Below are positions 10,792 to 23,254 of a DNA stretch of 64,000 nucleotides, piece by piece (within the stretch, counting starts at the first letter, position 1; each line of letters starts with the position of its first letter). Made by a program: the position numbers and the translations under genes. Origin of the DNA: Dicyema japonicum (lineage: Eukaryota; Animalia; Dicyemida); assembly GCA_011109175.1 (NCBI GenBank), contig RDEW01000032.1, positions 1 to 64,000 of the forward strand, in the 5' to 3' direction. The notes under the pieces were generated by a model. It made no database searches, was not told where the DNA came from, and was given only the letters and a program-made list of their open reading frames with translations.

Positions 10792-13540
10792 ATGGAAGAG
10801 CCTAAGCTTATTAAAAGGTTTACTTTGTCGCAACACTTATCCTAGGCGTGTTATATCAGGAGATATCGATGCTCACCCAACAGAGAAGGCATTAATAATA
10901 AACTATGAAATAGAAGCGATTGTGCTAGGAGAAAACGACAAGCCTGTAGTAGGCGAGAGGAAGTCATATCAGAAAAAGTAAAAATAAAATTAAAACTCAG
11001 AATCAAAGTAGAGAACTTGAATTCCAAAGCAAACATCAAACAACTAGCGAAAGAAATAATTGAGAAATCGTCTATCGACGTTTCAAAGTACCCCGAAGTT
11101 GAGCAACTGCTATACTACCTACAAAATCGGCGGGAGTGCGGACAGTCTCAAGTAATCAACCCAATAACACCAAGATATCCCAACTGAGACCGAGAAGGTC
11201 CTTAAACTAACTCCCTGGGAGGAAGAGAACCGAATAACAGCCAATATAGCAGACATTGAAGACTATTTGGAGATGCTATACGAAGACGTCGATAGTCGAA
11301 TTAAAGGGACTAATCTGATTCTTCAACTAGCACGTGTACCAGACAATTTAAGTGAACTTTACTCCAATGGTAACTTGAGAATTTAAAAAGAAACTGTGGT
11401 GTCAGCAATGGCACGTGTTCTAAGGAGGATTGGCAAACTAGTATTAAAATTGCGATAAACGTGCTTTACTTCTTCTTTTGTTTCTCCACTTACTCTGACT
11501 TTCACACAGTCATCATTCACTTTAAAATTGGAGCTTTATCAATTCAAATCATAGAACACGAGCTAGATAAATATGACAAAATACAACAAGGTAATTTCAT
11601 TTAAAATATTTATTTTCAATTATTTTAATTTTAAATTTTTTGAATTAATTTATATATTTTTTAAATATATTAATTATTTTTTACTCAAATTTATTTTTAA
11701 ATTATTTTTAAATCATTTAACGATTTTAAATTTTACGTGACATTTAGATAAAAGCAAATTCGAGTCATTCCCTGAAATCTCTAAGGAATTAAAAGAGTTA
11801 ACGGAAAACCAGGAGAAGTTATTTAGAAGTAATTTTAATTAGAAATTTAGTCACTTTTTTCCTGCTGTTGAATCTCGCCGAGGATTTGAAGGTGGAAATG
11901 AAAATGCACAGCAAGAACATTGTCGGACTGCTTATTCGGTCCCTCACTAGATCAGGGTCCGACCTGCTCATTGTCATCGTATCCTTCCTTAAAAAACTCA
12001 GTATTTTTGCAGATGCTATCAACGACATGGTTTAATATTCTCAATTATTTTAGCGAGGGACGGCAATTATGATTAATTTGGGAACCATTTTTCCTTCCAC
12101 AAACGAAGATCTGGTCTCTTTGGTTCTCAAATTGCTTCAAAACCTATCTTTTGACCACATGTTATGTCAACAAATAGTAAAGGACGGATTGATCCCAAAC
12201 TGATGACTTTTATAAGTGGCCTCTTTTTAAATTCTTTAGAAAACGAACCTCACAAAAAGCACGTGCTCAATATTTTTGCTCATATCACAATCGATACTGA
12301 ACTTTGCGTCGCATTTGCCAAACAAGAATACATTTTTAATGTTTTAAATTATTTTACGCGTTAATATTTATTTGTTTATTAATTTAATTTATTTTTATTA
12401 AATATTTTTGAAATTATATTTAGATTTTAAAACTTCTTGCTGGTACCAAAGTCCACGATTTTCATCTGAGCCAGAACTCTTAGCGTTGTGTATAAATATA
12501 TCCGCCGATCTAAGATGTGCTTCTTTGATGTGTGAAAAAAATGCATTCGTCAGTATTCTAAAAAAAGCTTTCAAGCATCGAAACTACCACGTGCTTAAAA
12601 TCGGCCGGAACATATCTCAGCATGAAGGAGCTCTTAAAGAATTATTTATAGTATTTTCCATTCGATAAAACTTAAAGGAATTTTTAGGAGAAATGGCTTC
12701 CGTGATAACATCTAACAACGCTCCCGAGGACCACTTTGTGACACAATGTATTGGGATCCTCGCTAACCTGACGATTCCTGACATTGATTTTGAGCTTGTG
12801 GTTCGAGAATACAAATTGATTGACTGGATTGAGGGGAACTTACAAAAGTTTAATTCATCTTTATTTTGCAGAGCCGAAGATTCCAGACGACCAGCTGTAC
12901 CTCACAATGGGACTTCTCTCCACTCTCTGTCACGACAAACCTGTTGCTGAGCCGTTGTGGACGAATCTAGCATTGTGGATATCCTTCTGCAGACTTTGAA
13001 TGGTACTCCGTTTAGTCATTCGCAGATAAGCAAGAAATTGACGAAATCGTTATGCAAATCATTTACGTGTTTTATAGACTTCTCTGTCACCAGAAAAGCG
13101 CCGACTTTCTAATAGACGAGTCTGGTTCGGTGTAAAGTGACTTGGTAGACGTTCCTACATATTTAATGGATCTGATGCATGACAAGAACGCTAATATTAG
13201 GAATTTGTGCAATTATACGTTAGATATTATTTCTGTTGGATTTTGGCATAATTTGAAGGAAAAAAGCGAACATTGGGCAGATAGGATTAAAAGGGAGAAG
13301 TTTATGTGGTACAATTCTCAGTGGCTTGAAATGGTGGATGATCCATTGGCAATGGATAGACTTGATAAAGTTGTCCCTAACACGGAGGAGCTCAATAAAT
13401 ATGTATTTGGGGCTGAACTTCTTGATAATTCGGATGATGGTTGTGATAGAATATTTATTTTAACAGATCTTGATTATGACTCGAATTCGATGAATGATAG
13501 TGAAATGTTTTTGAATGACCATGAGTATTATTACCTTTAA
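10792..13540 (+). CDS. KIFAP3: Kinesin-associated protein 3 (KAP3, kinesin-2 accessory subunit); at least 14 introns and several 1-nt frameshifts
   Basis: Spliced translation MEEPKLIKRRVISGDIDAHPTEKALIINYEIEA...EVEQLLYYLQNRR...LLLNLAED...RNISQHEG...YLMDLMHDKNANIR...EKFMWYNSQWLEMV matches KAP3 along its length. Introns include 10818-10845, 10978-11000, 11370-11390, 11591-11747 and 12216-12239. Confidence 0.96.
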
Positions 13541-14456
13541 AAATTTTAATTGTTTTTAAATTATCATATTTATAGGGTTTCCCAACCATTAACGTAACTC
13601 TCCCGACCAATAGCGTCACTAATAATTTTCAGGGTAAAAAACAAATTTTTTAAGAGTAAAAATTTTCATTTTCAACACAAACAAATGATCGTCGGCTTTC
13701 TTAGAATTACGGCCTGGGTCTGAGGCTGAAGCGGGAAAAATTTTCGGAGAGTACTTAATTATCATATTTGTTATAACAATTAACAACTCCGTTACTTGTG
13801 GTCCAGTTTAGGAGAAGGTGAGATTTTAGTGAGGATATAAGCCTTCCAGATTATGCCACCTGATGCTTAAATTTGTAAAAAAACTTTTCTTTTAATTTTC
13901 TGGTAATCTTTCTACTGTCACTTGTTATTGATGTAAAGCGTGCTTCTTTTCTTTAAATAAAAAAATCATCCTGCTTTTAGAAAGATTGTGAATTAAATTC
14001 GCATTCCAATTAAGACCGATATGGTACTGAGTGTGGATTCAGAGACGCTACTGTAAACGGTAGGGACAATATGGATATGGATTATGTCCTTCTGCAAGAA
14101 TACCAGTGACCTGTCATCATTTATAGAGCTAACTATGAATAAAAAAGTAGATGATTGACCAAGTAGGATTTATGGTGTTTTTACTTTCCTTTACCTTACT
14201 TTATCTCTTTCGTTAATATAGATTCATTCAAGTGGTTACAATTGGTTAATAGAAAAATAACAGCCAAAAGAAGTCACTCTATGTGGGGAAAAAATTGAAA
14301 GAGAATGAGAACAAAAAAGAGGTGACCCAAATTGAGATCTACTAGATGGAAGGATAGTCACAGTGACGAAATCAATTGTCGGATTATACTCATATAGTGC
14401 TGTATAGCCTTATTATGATCACATCTGAATTTCCCGTAGTAGGGGAGTTTTGCTTT

Positions 14457-14779
14457 TATAATAATAAAGCCTTTTCACGAGAGCCATAGTATTTATAGCT
14501 CCGCATAGGCAGGACACACACTTTATTTAAGTAAAGAACAGTTAATTTTAACTAATCGTAGAACCAAGGAATGATCTTACTTCTTTTTTTTTCTTGTGTG
14601 AGTGATCTTCCTTTCTAGACAATCCAGTTCCGCAGTGACTATTCACTGATGACGGCGTCACTCGTCAAACCCTTTCTGCATCGTAGATGCGTGGAACCTT
14701 CCACCAGGTGAACAGCACCGAGATTCGAACCCGTAGCCTAAGCCACTTAAGCCCGACACCTAACCACTAAGTCACCCAG
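14457..14779 (-). mobile_element. Near full-length tRNA-derived SINE family 1
   Basis: A box tgacttagtgg, B box gggttcgaatc, a conserved body, and a 3' tail atgcggagctataaatactatggctctcgtgaaaaggct plus (tta)n. Other remnants at about 9915-9990, 42275-42420, 46275-46430, 48270-48340 and 63365-63435. Confidence 0.8.
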
Positions 14780-15342
14780 TTTTGCTTTAGTCGATGTTTA
14801 TAATCGCTTCTTACAAAGATATTAAAGTTATCAAATTTAATCATTTTATGAACTTTTAGTTAATTTTATTTAGGTCGTGATCTAATTTTTTGAATAATAA
14901 AAATTGAAATATCATCTTCAGTTAAGTAGCCAGGTTAGGTTTTTCAATGGTCAAGTTGATATAGAATTCTTATCCATTGAACCAAATAGTCTTGGTTTTG
15001 AACCTATATGATATTCATCAACTGTCACAATTTACGGTTCTCTATATTTAAACCTAAGCAATCTAATTTGTCGAAAAAAAGATTTATTTGAAATTGCCTC
15101 AAATCAGAGCCTTTCAAACAACAGAAGAAATCTCAAGGCCAGAATTTTATTGGACTGTTCGATTATTTTAACGTAGATTTCAATCTCATTTTCTTTATTT
15201 GATGATTGTCAAATTAAAGTCGCTAGAATTGAAAATATAAGTTTAAATGAAAGTTCTAAAATTTGCTCGAAAGAAAAATTAGCATATTTCCACGATATAA
15301 TTCACATTTATATATAAGGCCAAAAATAAATTTATAACGCTA

Positions 15343-17690
15343 ATGTTTTTTTGTTGGTTGTTACCTATTTCAATAATCTCAAATGGTGAACAAATCCATA
15401 GCATCAATGACAATGTATAACAGTGCCTTGCTCATATTGAAATTGATTATTGTATATATTATGAATTATTCATAGGTTTAAGAGACTTATCCACATATTA
15501 AGTCAAACATCTAGATTTTTGGAAGATTTAGATGAGTTATGTAACGCTGCGGTAAAGTTTACATAAATTTTTAGAATAGTAATAAAACAATGTTATTCAA
15601 AGCTATCGAATCCATAGATTTTTTTAACTTACAGATAACTATTTGTGAAATAATGAACTTCCCATATAGAACAGTTGGTCTGTCTGATTTGATGATAGCT
15701 TTGCTACATAAAGCATTTGAAAATAAAATGTTACTCATAATTGACGAATATTTTACTAATGGAACGAATCCACAACTTATAATTAATGATAAGTGCATAA
15801 GAGAGGAAAACTTATATATCGATTTAAGAGAAATAATTGAAAATTACTGAATGGAATAGAAAATTTGCGAAATCGTTTAAAAAATTATACCAATAATTTT
15901 GTTGTTGAATTTTTGTACGATGTAGCTACTAGACAAAATCAGACAATTTTTGATATTTTTACTATTATTACCAATTCAACATATGGAGTGATAGAATCAG
16001 TAGGTTGGTCAATTTTTTTTAATTTTAAGTTTATTTGAGACAAATAGGTGAAGATAGCATACGGGTTTTTGATTTTAAATGATATTATTAGTACAATGGA
16101 GCAGTTAAAAATTTTTTAAAATTATTAAAATCGAATGCTCTATCAAATGATTCAGCGTTTATAGCAAGAGAAACTATTTTTGATCCAAAAATAGGCATTC
16201 CTGCAGACATTTACCAGAATTGAAATCCAGGATATAAAAGTAGAAAAAAAATCAAATATTTCTTCAAAAAATAATGTCTCTGTAGAAATTGAATTTTTCA
16301 CTAAAGTTTTGACCTATAGTAACTTTAAATATTAATCGAGTTCGCGTGGTTTTTCACAATGAAAACGTATTAACTCCTTCAATTGGACTAAGTCCACAAT
16401 CTTTACAAGTTTCGGTCGTCGCTGAATCTGAAAATTTATCTTTAATATTAAAATTTCCGATACATTCAAATTATAGTGAATATACTAATAAAGTAGCAAA
16501 ACATAATAATTACAGGGGTTATTTCCAAATTGTGTATTTTACAACAGCAAAACTTGTCTTTGGGAAATTATGGGTGAAATAGAAATTTCTGGACTGTTTT
16601 ATACATGTAAATCTCTGCATTTGACAAGTTTTGCTATTCTATTTGTAATTATCATTTTCACGTTAGAGTCCAATAACTAACTCTAAAAATAGAGATGAAG
16701 CAACGACAGTAATTACAATAATTGGAATTTCTCTTTCCACAGTCGCTATAATAATTTCATTTATTTTATTTATACTAAAAATTAAGTTGGTAAATTTATT
16801 TACTTTAGACTTTTGAAGAATTCTATTTTTCAAATTCTTCTACTTAATTTGAAAACATCAATTTTGATGTTGAACATGGTGTTTATTTTTGGAATCATTT
16901 ATTCTTCAGAAAAGAGTTATTTAGAGTGTGTAACAGTTGGAGTTTTACTCCACTATGGAATTTTGTCTCAGTTTTTATGGATGTTCACAATATCATATGT
17001 CCATTATTTAAAATTTAACAAAGTAATTGGAGTCAACATAAAATATTTGAAGGTCAAATTATTTGTTTTTAGTTGGGGTTTAATATTAGTTTTATTTGTA
17101 ATTAGGTATTCCACTCTCCATTGTCGGTTTGATTTTAATAATAAATAAAAATGTTTATTATTCCGAAGGGAAATGCTTGATTACCGGACTTGGCTTTTAT
17201 TTGGGGTTGCTTGGTCCGATTATAATCTGTCTGCTTTTAAATTTAATATTATACATTATTTTGATGTCTGGATTTATAAAAACTACTACACCTAATAGTA
17301 TAAATTTGATTAAAAACAAAATTTTATTTTCACTTTTTATTTTTTCAGGTAAAGTTAAAATATATTTTAGGACTTCCATGGATTTTATTATTTTTTGTTA
17401 GATTCACCACGGTGATAGAATATATTTTTATAATCTTTGTTAGCTTTCAAGGTTTATTCATTCTCCTCTTAAATATTATAAATTTAAAACAAACATTAAA
17501 TAGAACAATAAATCAAATAAATGATAGCAATAATCAAACAAACACGGATCTTCAATCAAAAAATGACAATGGTAATTTACCTTTAACTGAATCAAATTAT
17601 TTTACTGCCTATAAATATATTTTCTACAAAAATTTTATTTCCATCAAAAACGAACACAATTTAATTAGAGGACAAAATAACAATAATTAA
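15343..17690 (+). pseudogene. Adhesion-type GPCR (GAIN/GPS plus 7TM), copy 1; apparently disabled or poorly assembled
   Basis: GPS CVFYNSKTCLWEIMGEIEISGLFYTCKSLHLTSFAILF (16531-16644) is followed by secretin-like TM helices. An in-frame TAA near 15415 and several frameshifts occur in the ectodomain. Confidence 0.8.
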
Positions 17691-18049
17691 AAATACCAAC
17701 TTTATTAACTATCAGAGATTTTTTTGTCTGCTTACTATATTTTTTTAATTATTCGGTTAAATAGAGAAACTAATAGTTAACAACGGCTGGCTGCTCTCAT
17801 AATTCAAAACGCATTTTCCTTGATGATTTGCATGGAGATGCGCTCAATGAGCCATATTACTATATTAACGATATATGCACAAGTTAATTTCTCGCTATAG
17901 TCACTTGTAAGTAGGATTTATAAATTCATAAAAATCAAACCTGTTCTATATGTGTAAGAAAACACAAATCTGACATCAGCTGCCGAGAAACAGTTGGCAG
18001 TTAGTGCCATAAGTGCCACAGTCTGCCACAGTCTTTGTTGTAATGTTTG

Positions 18050-18360
18050 ACTTTGTATCAAGTAACAAAAAAACACTTTTACATCTTCTGGAAGTTTCAC
18101 CAGACCGACCGGCCAAATGGTCTCTACAATGAACATTTCGATAACAGATATCGTCGAGATCATCCGGATTGAACCAGGAAGTACCGTAAACTGGTGGAAT
18201 TTTTTAAAGTTTGGTTCCCTTCTAGGGGAGTCGGAATACATTGTAAAAAGGAAGTTGTTGCTAAAGCTTCTGAAAGGACGGAACCAAAAACGTCCCTTTT
18301 TCTGCCAATCATTCGACCTCAGGTTATATAAGTTTTTTCTGAAACCGATTTTTACGTAGA
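18050..18360 (+). mobile_element. LINE RT C-terminal fragment
   Basis: EPKTSLF and LYKFFLKPIFT resemble the thumb region of the LINE at 18780-20420. Confidence 0.55.
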
Positions 18361-18779
18361 ACTGCATTGTGATTTAAAAATTTAGTTTTAAGGTTAAATT
18401 ACTACTTTTTAAATTTTATATTAAATTACTTAATTTATGCACGTGTTTTTGTTAGGAAGTTTAGAAATTTCGACAAAATTATCTACGAAATTTTGAAGAT
18501 CATTGTTAAGCAAAGAAATTACAAAAAGTTAAGAGACCACATTGGTGACACTCGACCTAGAAGGAACCCCCTCAAAGCACTATTGAGACTTAAAGAAGCG
18601 AAATTCTTTTTATTTTCGAACGAGTGATTGTCTCCACCATAACAAATGGACGCGATAGTTGTTTTTTATCCGCCAAAAGATCATATCTTCTTTCTATTGT
18701 AAAAATTCAAATCACTTTATCCTAACCTAAATAAAAGAACCGAAAACACTTTATTCAAACAGGAATTAGGAGTTAGTTT

Positions 18780-20420
18780 ACGGAATATTTAAACGCGTCC
18801 GCCTATGCGGTCTGGACACTTCCTACGGAACCTATCTCCATTTAGTTTAGTCCAAGTGTCGGATCTCGTTAATTCTCTTCTCCACAATGTACATGACTGG
18901 GGCGAGAATCCTGTCCTCTTCTGCACTCAGGACATTACGCAGTTTTTTCTCCAAAGCTAACTTTATTGCTGATCTTCTCGATTTTTCCATAAGTAACATT
19001 ATTTTATCCCTTTGTCGTGAGAAATACCATGCCTCACATCCGTGAAGTATTCCCGGTAGAATTATCCTCATGAAGATGAACAGGAAGGTCTCCAAGTTAA
19101 CGGACAACTTGCTTGTACAGAGAAGCGCCTGCAACGCCTTCTTCGTTTGATGTCCTCCATGAAAGAACCTTCCCGGTCGATAACTACCCCGAGGTAGCGG
19201 AGTGAATGTACTTTGGGAATACTCAGTAAATAAGGCTGCGCATGATGTCTCCGTAGGCGACTAACCCTCAAAAAGAGGGACGTTTTTGGTTCCATCCAAT
19301 CCTGGACTTGATCGATGAATAACTTGATTCTTCTTTCTGACAATGTTGACTTCCCTGACGTATCCGTATTCAGAATATCGTCTGCGTATATTATCAGTTT
19401 GGTGTTCGCATCCGGCGAGTAGGGAAGTTAGACAGAAACACAGAAAACAGAAGCGGGCTGAAGACAGAGCCCTGTGGAACGCCCCTCTTCAATAAGATAT
19501 CTTTTGACATATGTACTCAGAAAGCCCCAACATGTACTCGGAAAGTCAGTCATGTTAGAAGGTCTTTTATCCATGTGAAGAGGTTCTTTTCACACAGCCG
19601 CTAGCCTAGATAGGATGGTTTCGTGCCACACGCTATCGAATGCCTTGGACAGGTTCAAACAACCAGGTTGACTTGCTTCTTAAATTCCAGACCTCTCAGT
19701 ACCATCGAATGCATGTGGTGGATACAATCCGTGCAGGATTTCCCGGGTCTGAAGCCACATTGTTCCACAAGGAGGAAACAGCTCTCTTCCATGTGTTCGT
19801 TTAGTCTCTTGAAGATAATTCTCTCAGCAATCTTGGAAGTAGAGCAGATTAGACTGATTGGCCTATAGTTAAGGGGGTCTCTCCCCGACTTTCATGGTTT
19901 AAGTATCTTCCTGACAATAGATGTTTTCCAGCGTCTTGGGATATATCCATGATCAATGGTTGCGTTGAATAAGTTCTTCAACACGAGCAGCAGATCCCCT
20001 GGACCTTCCTTGAACATTCTCATGCTAATATGGTCATGTCCAGGGGCGTTAGCTTTGCATGCTCTAATGTCAATCACGACGTCCTTTGTCGTTATCTTCA
20101 TATCAGTATCCTTAAGATCGTCTGGAGAATAGGTAAGAAGTTCTTGTGAAGCTCCCAACTCTTCCCTCGGGATCAGCTCCATTGAGTTGACTCCCTGGAT
20201 ACGGTCTAGTTGCTTCTTAAAAGTATCTGAGGCTTCTTCCGCAGAATGTAACTCACCTCCTGGTTTGTTTAAAGCGATTTTCATATCCTCCCTCTTTTAT
20301 CCAGTTATTTTTTTGTAAATCTTCCAGAACAAAGAGTTTTAGGTGTTGAGTTTGCTTCCCTCGACCCTCCAACATCGTTCTAGAGTCAGTCATGTTCCCT
20401 CTAGAGTCAATTTTCTTCAT
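18780..20420 (-). mobile_element. APE-type LINE (Jockey/CR1-like), RT region, 5'-truncated
   Basis: Motifs KANAPGHDHIS, SIVRKILKP, GVPQGSVFSPLL, YADDI and YLGVVIDRE. Same family as 1-1830. Confidence 0.92.
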
Positions 20421-20426
20421 TAGGTA

Positions 20427-22302
20427 TCTAGATTGATCCCTGTTGTTAGAATCTTTTCGTAGGTCTTCTAAGTCATCCACATATCTAAGTTTTCTTACAA
20501 TCCCATAAAGATCTTATTTAGAGCCGCAGAGAGAGTGATTCTAGACCTTTTATGTGCGGCGGTCTGTTTTATTGTCGAACTAATCGTTCATTATTGTATT
20601 TTTATGATATAACGCTTAATGGCACAGATTATGTAACTAGAATTTATTGTATTTATTTCTTATTTGAAATCTTCGTTGGGCACGTAAATTTCACAATTGT
20701 TCCTGATGAAATATATCCTTGTTCTCAAGTTTTAGCTTTGTGACCTTTATGTTCACGAGTTGTACATAAGCAAAGACTTTATATAAGATTTGCATGTCCT
20801 TATTCTTAGGTTTAGTTTTATAGTTATCATCTTATACATAGCAGTAGTCAGAATCTTCTATACATCATGTTTTCACTATCACCAAGTAAGAATCCTAATT
20901 TCCTATTTTTCTTCAACTTTAATGAAAATGGCACAGTTTAATGGGGCAGTGTAACCAAAAACCAGGATGAATCTCGCTGCTGTCTATTCGGTTGAATGTT
21001 CTACGCATCTACGATGGCTTATTTGAGTGACGTGTCATCAGTGTCTATCACTACGGAACCAAATTGTCTTCTGGGACACACATACAAGAATAATGAAAAA
21101 ACGATAAGTTCTTGTAATTGCAAACGTTGTGCTAATTCATGACATTCATATAGATGATTTGTTGTCAACTCGTAGAGTTGCAAAGCGACAAAGCCTTTTA
21201 TATTTCAGTAGAGAGGGGCCCATATCGTAGACAAGCCAGGCTTATCGGATATACCTCGGAAGAAAAGATTTTGATGGTCTATTAAAGGAGGATGTAATAT
21301 TTTATATCATCGAGTCTTTGGGTGGTTCTCGTAGAAACAAAATCGTGTGTATGTTTGAGAAAACACCCGTCATTAGGGCTTGAAAAGATGGATGATACTA
21401 TTCTATATAGGTGATTGGTTGTCATAATAATTTTTCTTTTGTTTTGGGATTTGCATAGAGATTGACAGGGATGGTCTGCGCTATCGGCTTGGAGAAGAAC
21501 TCCAGAGTTCTCATTTCCAACTGGTCTTTAATTGGAAGAACTCCATTCCTTGGAAGCATGGGTATTATTATTATAAATTTTTTTTATAAATCAATAAATA
21601 TTCAAAAATAAAAAAGAAATTAAGTTAAAGAATATTAGTTAAATATCTAATGATAGCGGGATTTCTTTGAATATGAATCTTCTCTACAGAAGTCGTGCAG
21701 ACTTCTCTTACTATTTTCTTCTTCGGCGCTTATTTCTTTTGTGCCATCGTCAAATGGCTGGAAATCAATTTCATTTTGTTCTTCCTAACAATTTCAAAAG
21801 ATGAAACTTTTGGCTCGATTTTGAATAATTCATTGAGCTGATCCGTCAATTTCTCTGGGAGTTCGTCCAACCTGTCTCCGTTTAAGATCATAAACTCAAT
21901 TATGTTCATGGCTTCTGGCAAATTTGTTTCTAAGTCAAAATCAATCTGAAATTATAATTAACTGTACAGGAAACAAAATTGGCGAAAACAATAAGGACAT
22001 TAGCCTCCTATTCATATTTGGGGCTCGAACATAAATTTCTCTCAGAAAGCAAAATAATGTGAGCATCAGCCATTGAGTATATTTTGGCATAAGTCGAATT
22101 AAAATCGAATATGCCGCCAATTTTTTGTCATCTGAACATTCTAAAAGTTATTATTTTGTTCCTACTGAAAGAAATTAGACGGACTGTTTCGATGAACTCG
22201 TGGGGCATTACAAATGGTTCGAGTTCACGAATAAGAAGATCAAGAGAGGCTGTATAATCGTGAATATCAAAATTTTGACGGATTTGATTGAAACTATAAC
22301 CT
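20427..22302. repeat. About 1.9 kb segmental duplication of 2386-4283
   Basis: Collinear and high-identity from tctagatt.atccctgttgtt to gaaactataacc in both places. It includes an RTE fragment, a SINE and the RhoGAP 3' half. Confidence 0.95.
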
Positions 22303-22615
22303 TTTTTCAACTCAACAAAAAGGTTATTTTTGTTGTTTCCTCAATTGAAGATTTCCCTCAACGACAGATCTGCAGCTCATTTGTTATGAACGACTACCAT
22401 CGAATGATCGGATGCATTCCATGATCTCTTGGATTAGCTCGATCACCTTTTCATAGGAATCGTCTACATTTGTTGCACATAGTTTCACCTGTGGCCACCG
22501 TTTTAGCCTTACTATGTAGCTTTTTATCGAGTTCATCAATTGAATCGATTACTAGATACTGGAGGAGATAATCCATCAAAACTGGTCTGCATTTCTTCTG
22601 GTATTTATGCTCCAT
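21625..22615 (-). CDS. RhoGAP-domain protein (ARHGAP18/28/40-like); one apparent in-frame TGA, 5' end uncertain
   Basis: Spliced reading DIHDYTASLDLLIRELEPFVMPHEF...LIRLMPKYTQWLMLTLFCFLREIY...NMNRRLMSLLFSPILFP...MNIIEFMILNGDRLDELPEKL fits the RhoGAP helices. Introns are 22-32 nt. Confidence 0.65.
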
Positions 22616-22739
22616 CTAAATACTAAACTCGAAGGATAACCTTATATCAACAGAATATGTAAGATTCGCCTGTAAAAAGCGCGGCATTATTTATATTTAC
22701 ATGCTTCCGTCGCTAAATACTACTTCCTCGAGCTAATTT

Positions 22740-23060
22740 TGACCCCAACTTCGGTAAAATGAAGGAAGCTAACGACCATTAAAGAACGCGCGTCATCTGA
22801 GACAACTAATCAAGTTTATCCAGAAACAGAGTCCTTCATAGTCACACATGCCCATACAGAACCAGCGTAAAGGTAAAAGACGTCCATTCGTGCAGTTTGA
22901 AAACCCCTGGAAGAAAAATGATCCTTTTCGTTCCAGTCAGGTAACATGACGCCACTCCATTAGGAAATGGAAGAGAAACAGACAAGAAAAGCAGAAATCT
23001 TCAACCTATTAACCTCATAGCAGCACATGGAGCCAATACAGAGCAATAGTTAATCTCATC
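22740..23060 (-). mobile_element. SINE-like repeat family 3 (second copy 58130-58480, +)
   Basis: Shared blocks ccatgtg.tgcta.g.gg.taat.ggtt.aag, gagtggcgtcatg, acgaaaaggat and aatggacgtctttt. The head is A-box-like; no clear B box. Confidence 0.55.
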
Positions 23061-23254
23061 TACTCAAATTGTAGAAAATGCTTCCTAATTCTTTTATAAT
23101 TTTAAAATAACTAAAAATCTAATAAAATCATATTTATTAAAAAAGATATATTCTACAAATTTTTTCATCCGTCTTTACTTCCTTTTCTACTTCCGCTTTT
23201 TCTACTTTTTTTCTATATTAGCTTCCGCTTTTTCTACTTTTTTCTATAATGACC

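Noticed and set aside
11140-12960. Euplotes-style programmed +1 frameshifting as the explanation for broken frames
   Set aside because: There is no shared slippery or stop motif at the sites. They are assorted G, A or T homopolymers, which fits consensus error better.
22330-22370. In-frame TGA/TAA in the RhoGAP and GPCR copy 1, suggesting a variant genetic code
   Set aside because: Conserved genes end in TAA (VPS72, KIFAP3, EIF2B5), TAG (MRPL37) and TGA (CCDC12). They use TGG for Trp and need no read-through once introns are removed.
23190-23248. Two tandem ~28-bp copies of cttccgctttttctacttttttctata
   Set aside because: Only two units with no spacers. This is a simple local duplication, not a CRISPR-like array; no CRISPR array was seen anywhere in the window.
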